A stretch of 64,000 bases of DNA from Parcubacteria group bacterium Gr01-1014_30 (lineage in GTDB: Bacteria > Patescibacteriota > Minisyncoccia > Minisyncoccales > 2-12-FULL-40-12). The number at the start of each line of letters is the position of its first letter. Within the stretch, counting starts at the first letter, position 1. The translations under genes and the position numbers were made by a program. Shown piece by piece: positions 16,335 to 25,153 of the stretch. The notes below the pieces were generated by a model, which made no database searches, was not told the origin of the DNA, and worked only from the letters and a program-made list of their open reading frames with translations. The stretch is taken from contig VMFS01000001.1 of NCBI GenBank assembly GCA_007376185.1, positions 10,768-74,767 on the forward strand, in the 5' to 3' direction.

Positions 16335-19224
16335 CTTTCCCGAAATAGAGAGAAAAATACTGAACTTTTGGGCAAAAAAAAGAATTTTTGAAAAGCTTCG
16401 AAAAAAAATAAAAGGGGGGAAACGCTTCTCGTTTTTGGACGGACCCATAACCGCCAACAATCCAATGGGCGTTCACCACGCATGGGGCAGAACTTTAAAA
16501 GACCTCTTCCAGCGATACAAAGCAATGCAGGGTTTTGACCAGAGGTTTCAGAACGGGTTTGACTGCCAAGGTCTTTGGGTTGAAGTTGAGGTAGAAAAAG
16601 AACTTGGTTTCAAAACAAAAAAAGACATTGAAAAATACGGCATAGACAAGTTTGTCAAAAAATGCAAAGAAAGGGTCCTGAAGTATTCCAAAATTCAAAC
16701 TGAACAGTCAATTCGTTTGGGCCAGTGGCAGGATTGGAAAAACTCTTACTACACGATGTCTGACGAAAACAACTATGCCATCTGGGGATTCTTGAAAAAG
16801 TGCTGGAAAAAAGGGTACTTATACAAAGGTAGGGATTCTATTCCATGGTGCCCTCGCTGCGGAACCGCCATTTCCCAGCACGAAATTTTAACAGAAGAGT
16901 ACAAAGAGGTGTCGCATGAATCGGTTTATTTCCGTTTGCCGGTTGTCGGCTCCAAAAACGAGAACTTGCTTTTGTGGACGACTACTCCGTGGACTCTTCC
17001 TGCCAACATTGCGGCTGCGGTTGACAAGGACTTGGACTACTCTTTGGTCCAAGATTATCAGGGACTAAGAAACTGGGTTGCCAAAGATTTGGCCAAGAAA
17101 GTTTTCGGCGAGGGGGCTAAGGTCGTGAAAACCGTCAAAGGAAAGGATCTGGCCGGGCTAAAGTACTCTTTTGTTTTTGACGACCTGCCTAGAGTAAAAA
17201 AAGCAGCCGAAAATTCACCCGACAAATTTCACTCGGTTGTGTTAACGGACAGCCACTTGCTTCCCATAACAACGGAGCAGGGAACGGGACTTGTGCACGT
17301 GGCGGTTTCTGCCGGGCAGGAGGACTTTCAGCTCGGAAAAAAGTTAAACCTTCCTATGGTTGAGATCATTGACGAGGATGCAACCTATTTGGACGGTCTT
17401 GGCGAGTTTTCAGGCAAAAACGCAAAAAAAGAACCAAAAGTCATTTTAGATTTTTTGGCTTCCAAGGAAGGAACTATTTTTAAAGTTGAAAGCTACAAAC
17501 ACCGCTACCCTACTTGCTGGCGCTGCAAAGAAGAGCTGGTTTGGCGCGTTGTTGATGAGTGGTATATTTCTATGCAGAAATTAAGAACGATTTTGATGGA
17601 AACCGCCAAAAAAATAAACTGGATACCTTCTTTTGGCCTGGAAAGGGAGCTTGATTGGTTAAAAAATATGCAGGACTGGCTTATTTCAAAAAAAAGATAC
17701 TGGGGGCTTGCTCTGCCAATTTTTGAGTGCGCCTGCGGTAATTTTGAAGTAATCGGCTCAAAAAAGGAGTTAAAGCAACGAGCTGTCAAAGGATGGGAAA
17801 AGTTTAAAGGACACTCTCCCCACAGGCCGTGGGTTGATAAAGTTAAAATACAATGTAAAAAATGCGGCCAACCCGTTTCAAGAGTAAAGGACGTTGGCAA
17901 CCCTTGGCTGGACGCCGGCATAGTTCCTTTTTCCACGTTAAAGTATTTTTCAAACAAAAAGTACTGGGAGAAATGGTTCCCGGCAGAACTCATCTGCGAG
18001 TCCTTCCCCGGACAGTTCAAAAACTGGTTTTACTCTTTGCTGGTGATGTCTCAGGTCTTGGAAAACACGAATCCGGTTAGAACAATTTTCGGGTACGCTT
18101 CCGTGAGAGACGAAAAAGGCGAAGAAATGCACAAATCCAAAGGCAACGCCATTTGGTTTGATGAAGCAGTGGAGAAACTGGGAGCTGACCCTCTTAGGTG
18201 GCATTACGCCAAACACAATCCCGAAAATAACTTGCTGTTCGGCTGGAAAGCTCTTCAAGAAACAAAAAGAACTCTTATGACTCTGCAAAATTGTTTCGTC
18301 TTCTTTTTCACGTACGTGGAAAAAGGAAAAATTAAAGAACAAAGCTCAAAACTGCCCCCTAAAAGTAAAAATCTGTTAGACCTATGGATTGTTTCGCGGC
18401 TCAACGGCTTAATTGGCAAAGTCGCCGAGAACTTAGATGAATACAACGTTTCTTTTACCGCCTCTTCAATTGAAAAATTCTTTGTTGACGACTTGTCTCT
18501 CTGGTACATTAGACGTTCCAGAAAGAGATTTCACGAGACAAACGCAAGAGAAGACAGAAAAATGGCGGCGGCTACTTTAGAGTACCTACTGCTGAATCTC
18601 TTGAAACTAACTGCTCCCATAATACCGTTTTTAACAGAAGAAATTTATCAGGGTCTGCGCTTAAAAAGAAGGCGAGAGTCGGTACACTTTTACGACTTCC
18701 CCGAAGCCAACAAAAAATTGGTTAACCTGAAGCTGGAAGAAAAAATGCTCAAGGTAAGAGAAGTTGTAACTCAAGCCCTGGCTGAAAGGGGCAAAGCGAA
18801 GATTAAAGTGAGACAACCGCTAAACGAATTAAGAATTACTGATTACGGATTACGGAACGAAAAGGGTTTGCTGGAGCTGATAAAAGAAGAAGTTAACGTA
18901 AAGAAAATAACTTTTGGCAAAAAGCTGAAACTGCAAAAGGAAATCACCCGCCAGTTAAAAGAAGAGGGCCTAATGCGAGAAATTATCCGTAACACCCAGG
19001 AAATGAGAAAGAAAGCAGGTTTGACTCCAAAAGACAAAATTGAAGTCAGATATTTTGGGACGCCTGCTTTGAGTAAAATTTTAGAAAGAAACAAAAAAGT
19101 TTTTCTGCGAGAAACTTTTTCTGAAAAGCTTAATTTTTGGGAAGATAAGAAAGAAAGTTTAATAGCTGAGAAAGCGTTGGAAGTTGACCACATGAAGCTT
19201 TGGCTGGGAATAAAAAAATGTTAA
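16324..19224 (+). CDS. ileS: Isoleucine--tRNA ligase
   Basis: 966 aa. PITANNPMGVHHAWGRT (HIGH-type), KSKGN (KMSKS), Zn-type CWRC / CKKCG pairs. Confidence 0.95.
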   Translation: MELNFPEIERKILNFWAKKRIFEKLRKKIKGGKRFSFLDGPITANNPMGVHHAWGRTLKDLFQRYKAMQGFDQRFQNGFDCQGLWVEVEVEKELGFKTKKDIEKYGIDKFVKKCKERVLKYSKIQTEQSIRLGQWQDWKNSYYTMSDENNYAIWGFLKKCWKKGYLYKGRDSIPWCPRCGTAISQHEILTEEYKEVSHESVYFRLPVVGSKNENLLLWTTTPWTLPANIAAAVDKDLDYSLVQDYQGLRNWVAKDLAKKVFGEGAKVVKTVKGKDLAGLKYSFVFDDLPRVKKAAENSPDKFHSVVLTDSHLLPITTEQGTGLVHVAVSAGQEDFQLGKKLNLPMVEIIDEDATYLDGLGEFSGKNAKKEPKVILDFLASKEGTIFKVESYKHRYPTCWRCKEELVWRVVDEWYISMQKLRTILMETAKKINWIPSFGLERELDWLKNMQDWLISKKRYWGLALPIFECACGNFEVIGSKKELKQRAVKGWEKFKGHSPHRPWVDKVKIQCKKCGQPVSRVKDVGNPWLDAGIVPFSTLKYFSNKKYWEKWFPAELICESFPGQFKNWFYSLLVMSQVLENTNPVRTIFGYASVRDEKGEEMHKSKGNAIWFDEAVEKLGADPLRWHYAKHNPENNLLFGWKALQETKRTLMTLQNCFVFFFTYVEKGKIKEQSSKLPPKSKNLLDLWIVSRLNGLIGKVAENLDEYNVSFTASSIEKFFVDDLSLWYIRRSRKRFHETNAREDRKMAAATLEYLLLNLLKLTAPIIPFLTEEIYQGLRLKRRRESVHFYDFPEANKKLVNLKLEEKMLKVREVVTQALAERGKAKIKVRQPLNELRITDYGLRNEKGLLELIKEEVNVKKITFGKKLKLQKEITRQLKEEGLMREIIRNTQEMRKKAGLTPKDKIEVRYFGTPALSKILERNKKVFLRETFSEKLNFWEDKKESLIAEKALEVDHMKLWLGIKKC

Positions 19225-19233
19225 GATAAACCA

Positions 19234-19890
19234 ATGCGCCGTTCCGTTAATTTTTCCGTACCGATTTTTACGGCTTTGTTGCTTTTCGTGGCAGCACCTT
19301 TGCTGTTGTTCAGTTCAACATACCTATTCTACCAAGAGGCAATTAAACAACTGACTGCCGAAGGCTTTTGGCTGGAGGCAGATTTAGAGTTGGTGAAGGA
19401 AGCTACGCTTAAGATAGCTCTATGGCAGGGCGTGGCCGTCTTTATTGTTTTAACCTTAGTGTATTTAGTTTTGTATCTTGTTTGGTATGCGGTAATATTA
19501 GCCCCCTTGCGCCGACTCTACAAAACCATACTAAGGGTACGGCAAGGAGACATAGAAGCCAAAGCCGAGATTCGCGCAAAAAACGAAATTGGAGAACTGG
19601 CCAACTCATTCAACGAGATGGTCAACGAGCTGAAAAAATACCAGGCGGACTTGCAGGAGACAAAACAGTCGCTGGAAATAAGAGTTGCATCCAGGACAAG
19701 GGAGTTACAAGAGATTGCCGACACTCGGGAAGAAACAATCAAAGCGAGAACCAGAGACCTTCAGGCCAAAGTAGACGAACTGGAAAGGTTTCACAATTTA
19801 ACAGTGGGCAGAGAGTTAAAGATGATAGAATTAAAAAAGGAAATAGCTAAACTGAAAGAAGAGTTGTTAAAGAATAAACCCCGCCCTTGA
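19234..19890 (+). CDS. Membrane HAMP-domain protein with coiled-coil tail and no output domain
   Basis: Two TM helices, HAMP (LAPLRRLYKTILRVRQGDIEAKAEIRAKNEIGELANSFNEMVNEL), then heptad-rich tail. Confidence 0.7.
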   Translation: MRRSVNFSVPIFTALLLFVAAPLLLFSSTYLFYQEAIKQLTAEGFWLEADLELVKEATLKIALWQGVAVFIVLTLVYLVLYLVWYAVILAPLRRLYKTILRVRQGDIEAKAEIRAKNEIGELANSFNEMVNELKKYQADLQETKQSLEIRVASRTRELQEIADTREETIKARTRDLQAKVDELERFHNLTVGRELKMIELKKEIAKLKEELLKNKPRP

Positions 19891-19993
19891 AGTTGACCGC
19901 GCCAAGCGCGACTTATTATTTTTAATGTCAACTTCAAAGGCGGGGTAAAGGTCGAAAATAAATAATAAGCGTAACGCGGATTAAGCTCGTATT

Positions 19994-21178
19994 ATGACCA
20001 AAGCAGGAGTAGGTTTAAGTCAAAACTTGGACGACCACAGAAAGGCCGGTTTTGAAGCGGCCTCTCAAGCGGTGGAAAAACTGGGAGGTTTAGCGCCTTC
20101 CATTCTGTTTTGTTTCTCTTCCATTAAATACAATCAAGAAGAAGTGTTAAGGGGCATTAGAGAAGCTGCTCCCGCAGCTAGCATTGTGGGCGGAAGCGCT
20201 GCTGGCGAGATTACTTCTTGGTCAACCGTTTTTGACGGCGTAAATGTTTTGGCGATTTCTTCTAACTCAATAAGGTTTGTTACCGGGGTGGGAAAAGGAG
20301 TGTCAAAGGACAGTTTCAAAGCAGGAACCGCCGCGGCCAAAGACGTCGTGAGTAACTCTGGCGGCAAAAAACCAAATCTCTTTATTATGCTGCCAGACGG
20401 CATGACGGGAAACGGGGCGGCAATTGTTGACGGGATAAAGAGTGTCTTGGGAGAAAATGCTCCAATAATCGGCGGGTCCTTGGGCGATGACTACTTCTTC
20501 AAAAAAACATTTGAGTACCACCAAGACCAAGTGCTGACCGACTCAGTTGTCGGAGTAGGCCTTTACGGCAGTTTTGAGTACGGTTTTGGCATTAAACACG
20601 GCTGGGAGCCGGTAGGGCTTCCACTCAAGGTAACTAAAGCTGACGGAGTAAAACTGCAGGAGGTTGACGGAAAGCCGGCGCTCAAGGTTTACGAGGACTA
20701 TTTCGGTAAAGAAGCGGCTGAACTGGTTAGAGAACCCTTAGCGCGCATGGCTTACACATATCCTCTTGGTTTGGCGGTGGAGGGATCGGACGAACTTCTG
20801 ATTAGAGATCCGGTCATAGCCAACGAGAAAGGGGAAATTACCATGGCCTCGGCGATTCCCGAAGGCACGACCATAAGGCTTATGATCGGTGACCGCGATA
20901 AAGCCATTGTAGCTGCAAAAAAGGCGGCTCAGGTTGCGCGCGAACAACTAGAAGGGGCCGAACCCAAGTTCATCCTGATGTTTAACTGCATGGCTCGCAA
21001 TCGTCTTTTGGGCGTCAGGTGCCATGAAGAAAACGAAACCGTCTCTCAAGCCATTGGGTCTGGCGTTCCTATGAGCGGCTTTTATACCTACGGCGAGCAG
21101 GGACCGCTTCTCGGTAAAAAAGGAACGCCCGCATACTTCCACAACGAAACAATGACTTTGTTGGTAGTGGGCGAATAA
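19994..21178 (+). CDS. FIST-domain signal-sensing protein
   Basis: 394 aa with FIST_N/FIST_C-like layout, ending in the typical GFYTYGEQGP motif. Confidence 0.7.
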   Translation: MTKAGVGLSQNLDDHRKAGFEAASQAVEKLGGLAPSILFCFSSIKYNQEEVLRGIREAAPAASIVGGSAAGEITSWSTVFDGVNVLAISSNSIRFVTGVGKGVSKDSFKAGTAAAKDVVSNSGGKKPNLFIMLPDGMTGNGAAIVDGIKSVLGENAPIIGGSLGDDYFFKKTFEYHQDQVLTDSVVGVGLYGSFEYGFGIKHGWEPVGLPLKVTKADGVKLQEVDGKPALKVYEDYFGKEAAELVREPLARMAYTYPLGLAVEGSDELLIRDPVIANEKGEITMASAIPEGTTIRLMIGDRDKAIVAAKKAAQVAREQLEGAEPKFILMFNCMARNRLLGVRCHEENETVSQAIGSGVPMSGFYTYGEQGPLLGKKGTPAYFHNETMTLLVVGE

Positions 21179-21179
21179 G

Positions 21180-22511
21180 ATGAATAAGGTTCAGCGAACG
21201 GCGTCTCCTTTAGCGAAGCGAAACGCGGGGGTAAAGGAAATAAAACGGCTCCGAAATACGTTGAGAGTGCGTGATTTGGAGTTGGCCGAACTTAAAAAAA
21301 AACACGCCATTGACCTGCAAGAACTGGATAAAGTCGCCAAAATGCTGGTGCAGCGAGACCTGGAGCGTTCGCAGATAACAGAAAAGAGGGAAGACGAGTT
21401 AAAGCAGTTAAAGGAATCGCGCGCGGCGTTATTAAACATACTGGAGGACGCGCAAGCTGCAAGGAAGTTTGTCCAAGAAGAAAAAGAGAAAATTTCTGCA
21501 ATAATCGCCAACTTATCCGACGGACTTTTGTTGTTTGACGCTCAAGACCGATTGTCTATGGTTAATCCCCAGACGGAAAAAATTTTTGCCGTCAAAGAAC
21601 AAGACCTAATCGGCAAAACCATTCCACAGCTGGCTGCCTTTCCAGCTACAAGACCAGTGGTGATTCTGGTGAAAAACGAAGGGGAGAAAATTTTCAGAAA
21701 AGAAATCAAGCTAAGAGAAAAAATGACGCTGGAGGTTACAACCGTGCCTTTGACGATTGGAAAAAACCAGCTTTGGACCTTAGTGGTCTTGCACGACGTT
21801 ACCAGGGAAAAACTTATAGAAGAGATGAAAACCGAGTTCGTATCTCTTTCCGCGCACCAACTTAGAACACCTCTCTCGGCCATAAAGTGGACTTTAAGAT
21901 TACTTCTGGACGGAGAGCTGGGAAACATAACCCAGGAACAGCGAGGTTTTCTTGAAAAGACCTATCAGTCAAATGAACGAATGATTGCTTTGATTAATGA
22001 TCTCTTGAACGTTACCAGGATTGAAGAAGGAAGGTACCTTTCCAGGCGCGTCTTGATAGAGCTTGAACAGATCTTGCAGATTGTGGTAAACTCTTACAAG
22101 GAGGAGTCAAAGAGAACGAACATCGGATTTAAACTGGAAGTCTCAAAAGAACCTCTGCCTAAGGTGTTGGTTGATTTAGAGAAAATACAAGTAGCTATGC
22201 AGAATCTTCTTGATAACGCTTTCAGGTACACTAGGGCCGGGGGGCAAGTGACAGTTTCTTTGAAAAGTGATAAGAAAGAAGTAGAGCTCTCTGTAAAAGA
22301 TAGCGGAGTGGGGATCCCCAAAGACCAGCAAGAAAAAGTGTTTTCCAAGTTCTTCAGAGCCGCCAACGCGGTTAGAATAGAGGCGGAGGGTTCCGGACTT
22401 GGGCTTTTTATCGCCAAAAATATCGTTGAGTCGCACGGCGGCAGGATCTGGTTTGAATCCGAGGAAGGAAAAGGTTCAACGTTCTATTTCACTCTGCCGG
22501 TTGCAGGTTAA
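21180..22511 (+). CDS. Soluble sensor histidine kinase (coiled coil-PAS-HisKA-HATPase)
   Basis: H-box SAHQLRTPLSAIKW, N-box LLDNAFRYT, G-boxes DSGVGIP and GSGLGLFIAKNIVESHGG. No TM segment. Confidence 0.9.
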   Translation: MNKVQRTASPLAKRNAGVKEIKRLRNTLRVRDLELAELKKKHAIDLQELDKVAKMLVQRDLERSQITEKREDELKQLKESRAALLNILEDAQAARKFVQEEKEKISAIIANLSDGLLLFDAQDRLSMVNPQTEKIFAVKEQDLIGKTIPQLAAFPATRPVVILVKNEGEKIFRKEIKLREKMTLEVTTVPLTIGKNQLWTLVVLHDVTREKLIEEMKTEFVSLSAHQLRTPLSAIKWTLRLLLDGELGNITQEQRGFLEKTYQSNERMIALINDLLNVTRIEEGRYLSRRVLIELEQILQIVVNSYKEESKRTNIGFKLEVSKEPLPKVLVDLEKIQVAMQNLLDNAFRYTRAGGQVTVSLKSDKKEVELSVKDSGVGIPKDQQEKVFSKFFRAANAVRIEAEGSGLGLFIAKNIVESHGGRIWFESEEGKGSTFYFTLPVAG

Positions 22512-22575
22512 ATAAAGGTATTATAAAATATATAAAGCTTCACTCCGCTCAGTACCATCTTAATCAACACTTTTT

Positions 22576-22944
22576 ATGAAAAAAATATTGCTTGTAGAGG
22601 ACGAAGAGATTATTTTAGACCTCATAAAACGGAAGTTGTCCCAAGAGGGCTACGAAATCGCAAGTGCCAAGGACGGCGAAGAAGGGTTAAAGGCTATGAA
22701 ACAGTTCAAGCCCGACCTTGTTTTGCTTGACGTCGTTATGCCCAAGCTTGGTGGTTTTGAGGTTATGGAAGAAATGAAAAAAGACGACCAGTTAAGAGAG
22801 ATGCCCGTGATCATTATTTCTAACTCGGGGCAGCCAGTGGAGATTGACAAAGCTAAAGAGCTGGGTGTCAAAGACTGGCTGATAAAAACAGAGTTTGACC
22901 CGCAGGAAGTAGTTGACAAAGTGGTCAATCAAATAGGTAAGTAA
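22576..22944 (+). CDS. Single-domain response regulator (receiver only)
   Basis: KILLVEDEE...PDLVLLDVVMP...IIISNSG...K pattern. Confidence 0.9.
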   Translation: MKKILLVEDEEIILDLIKRKLSQEGYEIASAKDGEEGLKAMKQFKPDLVLLDVVMPKLGGFEVMEEMKKDDQLREMPVIIISNSGQPVEIDKAKELGVKDWLIKTEFDPQEVVDKVVNQIGK

Positions 22945-22986
22945 AGTACTTCGCTCTGCTCAGTATTATCTTAATCAACACTTTTT

Positions 22987-23349
22987 ATGAAAAAAATATT
23001 GATCATCGAGGACGATAAATTTTTAAGAGAGCTGATTGCCAGAAAACTTGAAAAGGAAGGGTACGAAACTCCGCAAGCCGTGGATGGAGAAGAAGGTTTT
23101 AAAAAAGTCGTGTCAGAAAAACCTGACTTAGTTCTGTTGGACCTTATACTGCCCGGTATTGACGGCTTTGAACTCCTGTCAAAGATAAAAAACGACGACC
23201 AGCTTTCACGCATTCCGGTGATAATCCTTTCCAATCTAGGGCAAAGAGAAGACGTTGACAAAGGACTTAGCCTAGGAGCCATTGATTATCTAATTAAAGC
23301 TCACTTCACTCCCGCAGAAATTATAGAAAAAGTCAAGAAAGTTTTATAG
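22987..23349 (+). CDS. Single-domain response regulator (receiver only), tandem paralogue
   Basis: KILIIEDDK...PDLVLLDLILPGIDG...VIILSNLG...K. The leader and first codons duplicate those of the upstream RR. Confidence 0.9.
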   Translation: MKKILIIEDDKFLRELIARKLEKEGYETPQAVDGEEGFKKVVSEKPDLVLLDLILPGIDGFELLSKIKNDDQLSRIPVIILSNLGQREDVDKGLSLGAIDYLIKAHFTPAEIIEKVKKVL

Positions 23350-23452
23350 TGAACCCTGTTAGAAGTTTGCCATAATCAAGCACGTCAAATCTTGAACAAC
23401 TACTCTATTTGGTCACACCTACGTCAAAAAAAAAGGCCTTGGGTCTTTTTGG

Positions 23453-25042
23453 TTGATAACGCGTATGCAAACTTCTAACGGGGTGAATAAAAACGCGCGC
23501 CTATTTGCTGACAACTACCTGAAAGTCGGCAAGGCCTCGGATATTGCCCAAAGAAGGCAAAGAACGATCTACAGAACCTTTGAGATGCTTCCTGGGGGTC
23601 TCGCTTGGGGAGCTCTTTTTTTGGTTGTTTTCCTTTCCTGGAAAAGGCCTATTTGGATATCTTTTTTTATCATTGCTTTCGTTTTGTACTGGCTGACAAA
23701 GTCGGTTTATCTTTATTTTCACCTAAGGGGCGGCTACAAAAAAATGCGAGAGCATGAAAAAATTGACTGGCTTGAAAAACTTAAGGGTTTGAAGTTTGGA
23801 GACTGGGAAGACATATATCATTTGGTTATTTTCCCTATGTATCTTGAGTCACTAGAGATAATCCGCGAGAGTTTTTTGGCTTTGCAAAAATCAGACTACC
23901 CAAAAGATAAACTGATTGTTGTCCTGGGATGCGAAGAAAGGGTAAGCCAACACGCTCAAATCGTTGCCTCGGCAATTCAAGAGGAGTTCGGCTCCAAATT
24001 TTTCAGGTTACTGATTACTTGGCACCCGGACGACCTGCCTGGCGAAATTCCAGGGCACGGCTCAAACGAGACCTGGGCCGCAAAAAAAGCCAAAGAGCAA
24101 GTTATAGATAAGCTGGCAATTCCATACCAGAACGTCATTGTTTCCTCTTTTGACGCCGACTGCCAAGTTTTTCCAAAATACTTCAGCTGTCTGACATGGC
24201 ACTACTTAACCGCAAAAAGGCCTCTGCGCACAAGTTTTCAGCCCTTACCCCTTTATATAAACAACGTCTGGCAAGCCCCTATTTTTTCTCAAATTTTCGC
24301 TTTTTCGGCGAGTTTTTGGCACACCATGAACCAAGAAAGGCCCGACAAACTCATCAGCTTTTCCTCGCACGCTCTTCCATTCCAAGCCCTCTTTGAAGTC
24401 GGTTTCAAACAGACCAACGTGGTTTCGGACGACTCCAGAATTTTTTGGCAGTGTTTTTTGCACTATGATGGAGACTACAGGGTACAGCCTCTTTACTACC
24501 TGGTTTCCATGGACGCAAACTGCGCGAAAAACTTTTTTAAGACGGTTGTCAACACTTACCGCCAACAAAGAAGATGGGCGTGGGGTGTTGTTGAGATTCC
24601 CTACTTTCTTTTCGGTTTTTTAAAGAACAAAAAGATTCCTCTTTCAAGGAAATTTTCGCTTGGGTCAGAAGTAATAGCCGGCCATTTTTCGTGGGCAACC
24701 GCGCCCATCTTAATATTTCTTTTAGGTTGGCTACCTCTGGTTTTGGGAGGACCTGATTTTTCACAAGCCCTCATCTCTTATAATCTGCCAAAGATTGTCA
24801 GCAGAATACTTACCTTGAGCATACTGGGATTGGCGATTTCGGCTTATCTGAGCATTATGCTTTTGCCGCCCAAACCCCTGGACTTGGGCCGCTTTAGATA
24901 CTTGGTTTTCGGTTTAGGGTGGCTTCTGGTCCCGGTGATGATGATTTTTTTCTCCGCGCTCCCGGCTCTTGACGCTCAGACCCGTTTGATGCTGGCTAAA
25001 TACATGGGTTTCTGGTCAACCGAAAAAGTGCGAAAATCATAG
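23453..25042 (+). CDS. Membrane glycosyltransferase (GT2-like)
   Basis: 529 aa. N- and C-terminal TM bundles around a cytoplasmic domain with VVLGCEERV, SSFDADC and QQRRWAWG (QxxRW-like) motifs. The start may be ATG at 23465. Confidence 0.6.
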   Translation: MITRMQTSNGVNKNARLFADNYLKVGKASDIAQRRQRTIYRTFEMLPGGLAWGALFLVVFLSWKRPIWISFFIIAFVLYWLTKSVYLYFHLRGGYKKMREHEKIDWLEKLKGLKFGDWEDIYHLVIFPMYLESLEIIRESFLALQKSDYPKDKLIVVLGCEERVSQHAQIVASAIQEEFGSKFFRLLITWHPDDLPGEIPGHGSNETWAAKKAKEQVIDKLAIPYQNVIVSSFDADCQVFPKYFSCLTWHYLTAKRPLRTSFQPLPLYINNVWQAPIFSQIFAFSASFWHTMNQERPDKLISFSSHALPFQALFEVGFKQTNVVSDDSRIFWQCFLHYDGDYRVQPLYYLVSMDANCAKNFFKTVVNTYRQQRRWAWGVVEIPYFLFGFLKNKKIPLSRKFSLGSEVIAGHFSWATAPILIFLLGWLPLVLGGPDFSQALISYNLPKIVSRILTLSILGLAISAYLSIMLLPPKPLDLGRFRYLVFGLGWLLVPVMMIFFSALPALDAQTRLMLAKYMGFWSTEKVRKS

Positions 25043-25153
25043 ATTTTCGCACTTTTAGAATTCAGAATCTTGAATTTTGAATTTAGGGAGGCCTTCCCTC
25101 TATTCCACATTCTGTATTCCAATTCCAGATTCTATATTCTAAATTCTAGATTC
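25043..25153. repeat. Palindromic GAAT-word element filling the convergent GT2/recG gap
   Basis: Central hairpin AGGGA-GGCC-TCCCT, flanked by TAGAATTCAGAATCTTGAATTTTGAATTT and ATTCCACATTCTGTATTCCAATTCCAGATTCTATATTCTAAATTCTAGATTC. Confidence 0.6.

Noticed and set aside
18835-18870. GATTACGGATTACGG mini-repeat in ileS (ITDYGLRNEKG) as another repeat insertion.
   Set aside because: The segment length fits the normal IleRS C-terminal region, and the words do not match the intergenic element family.
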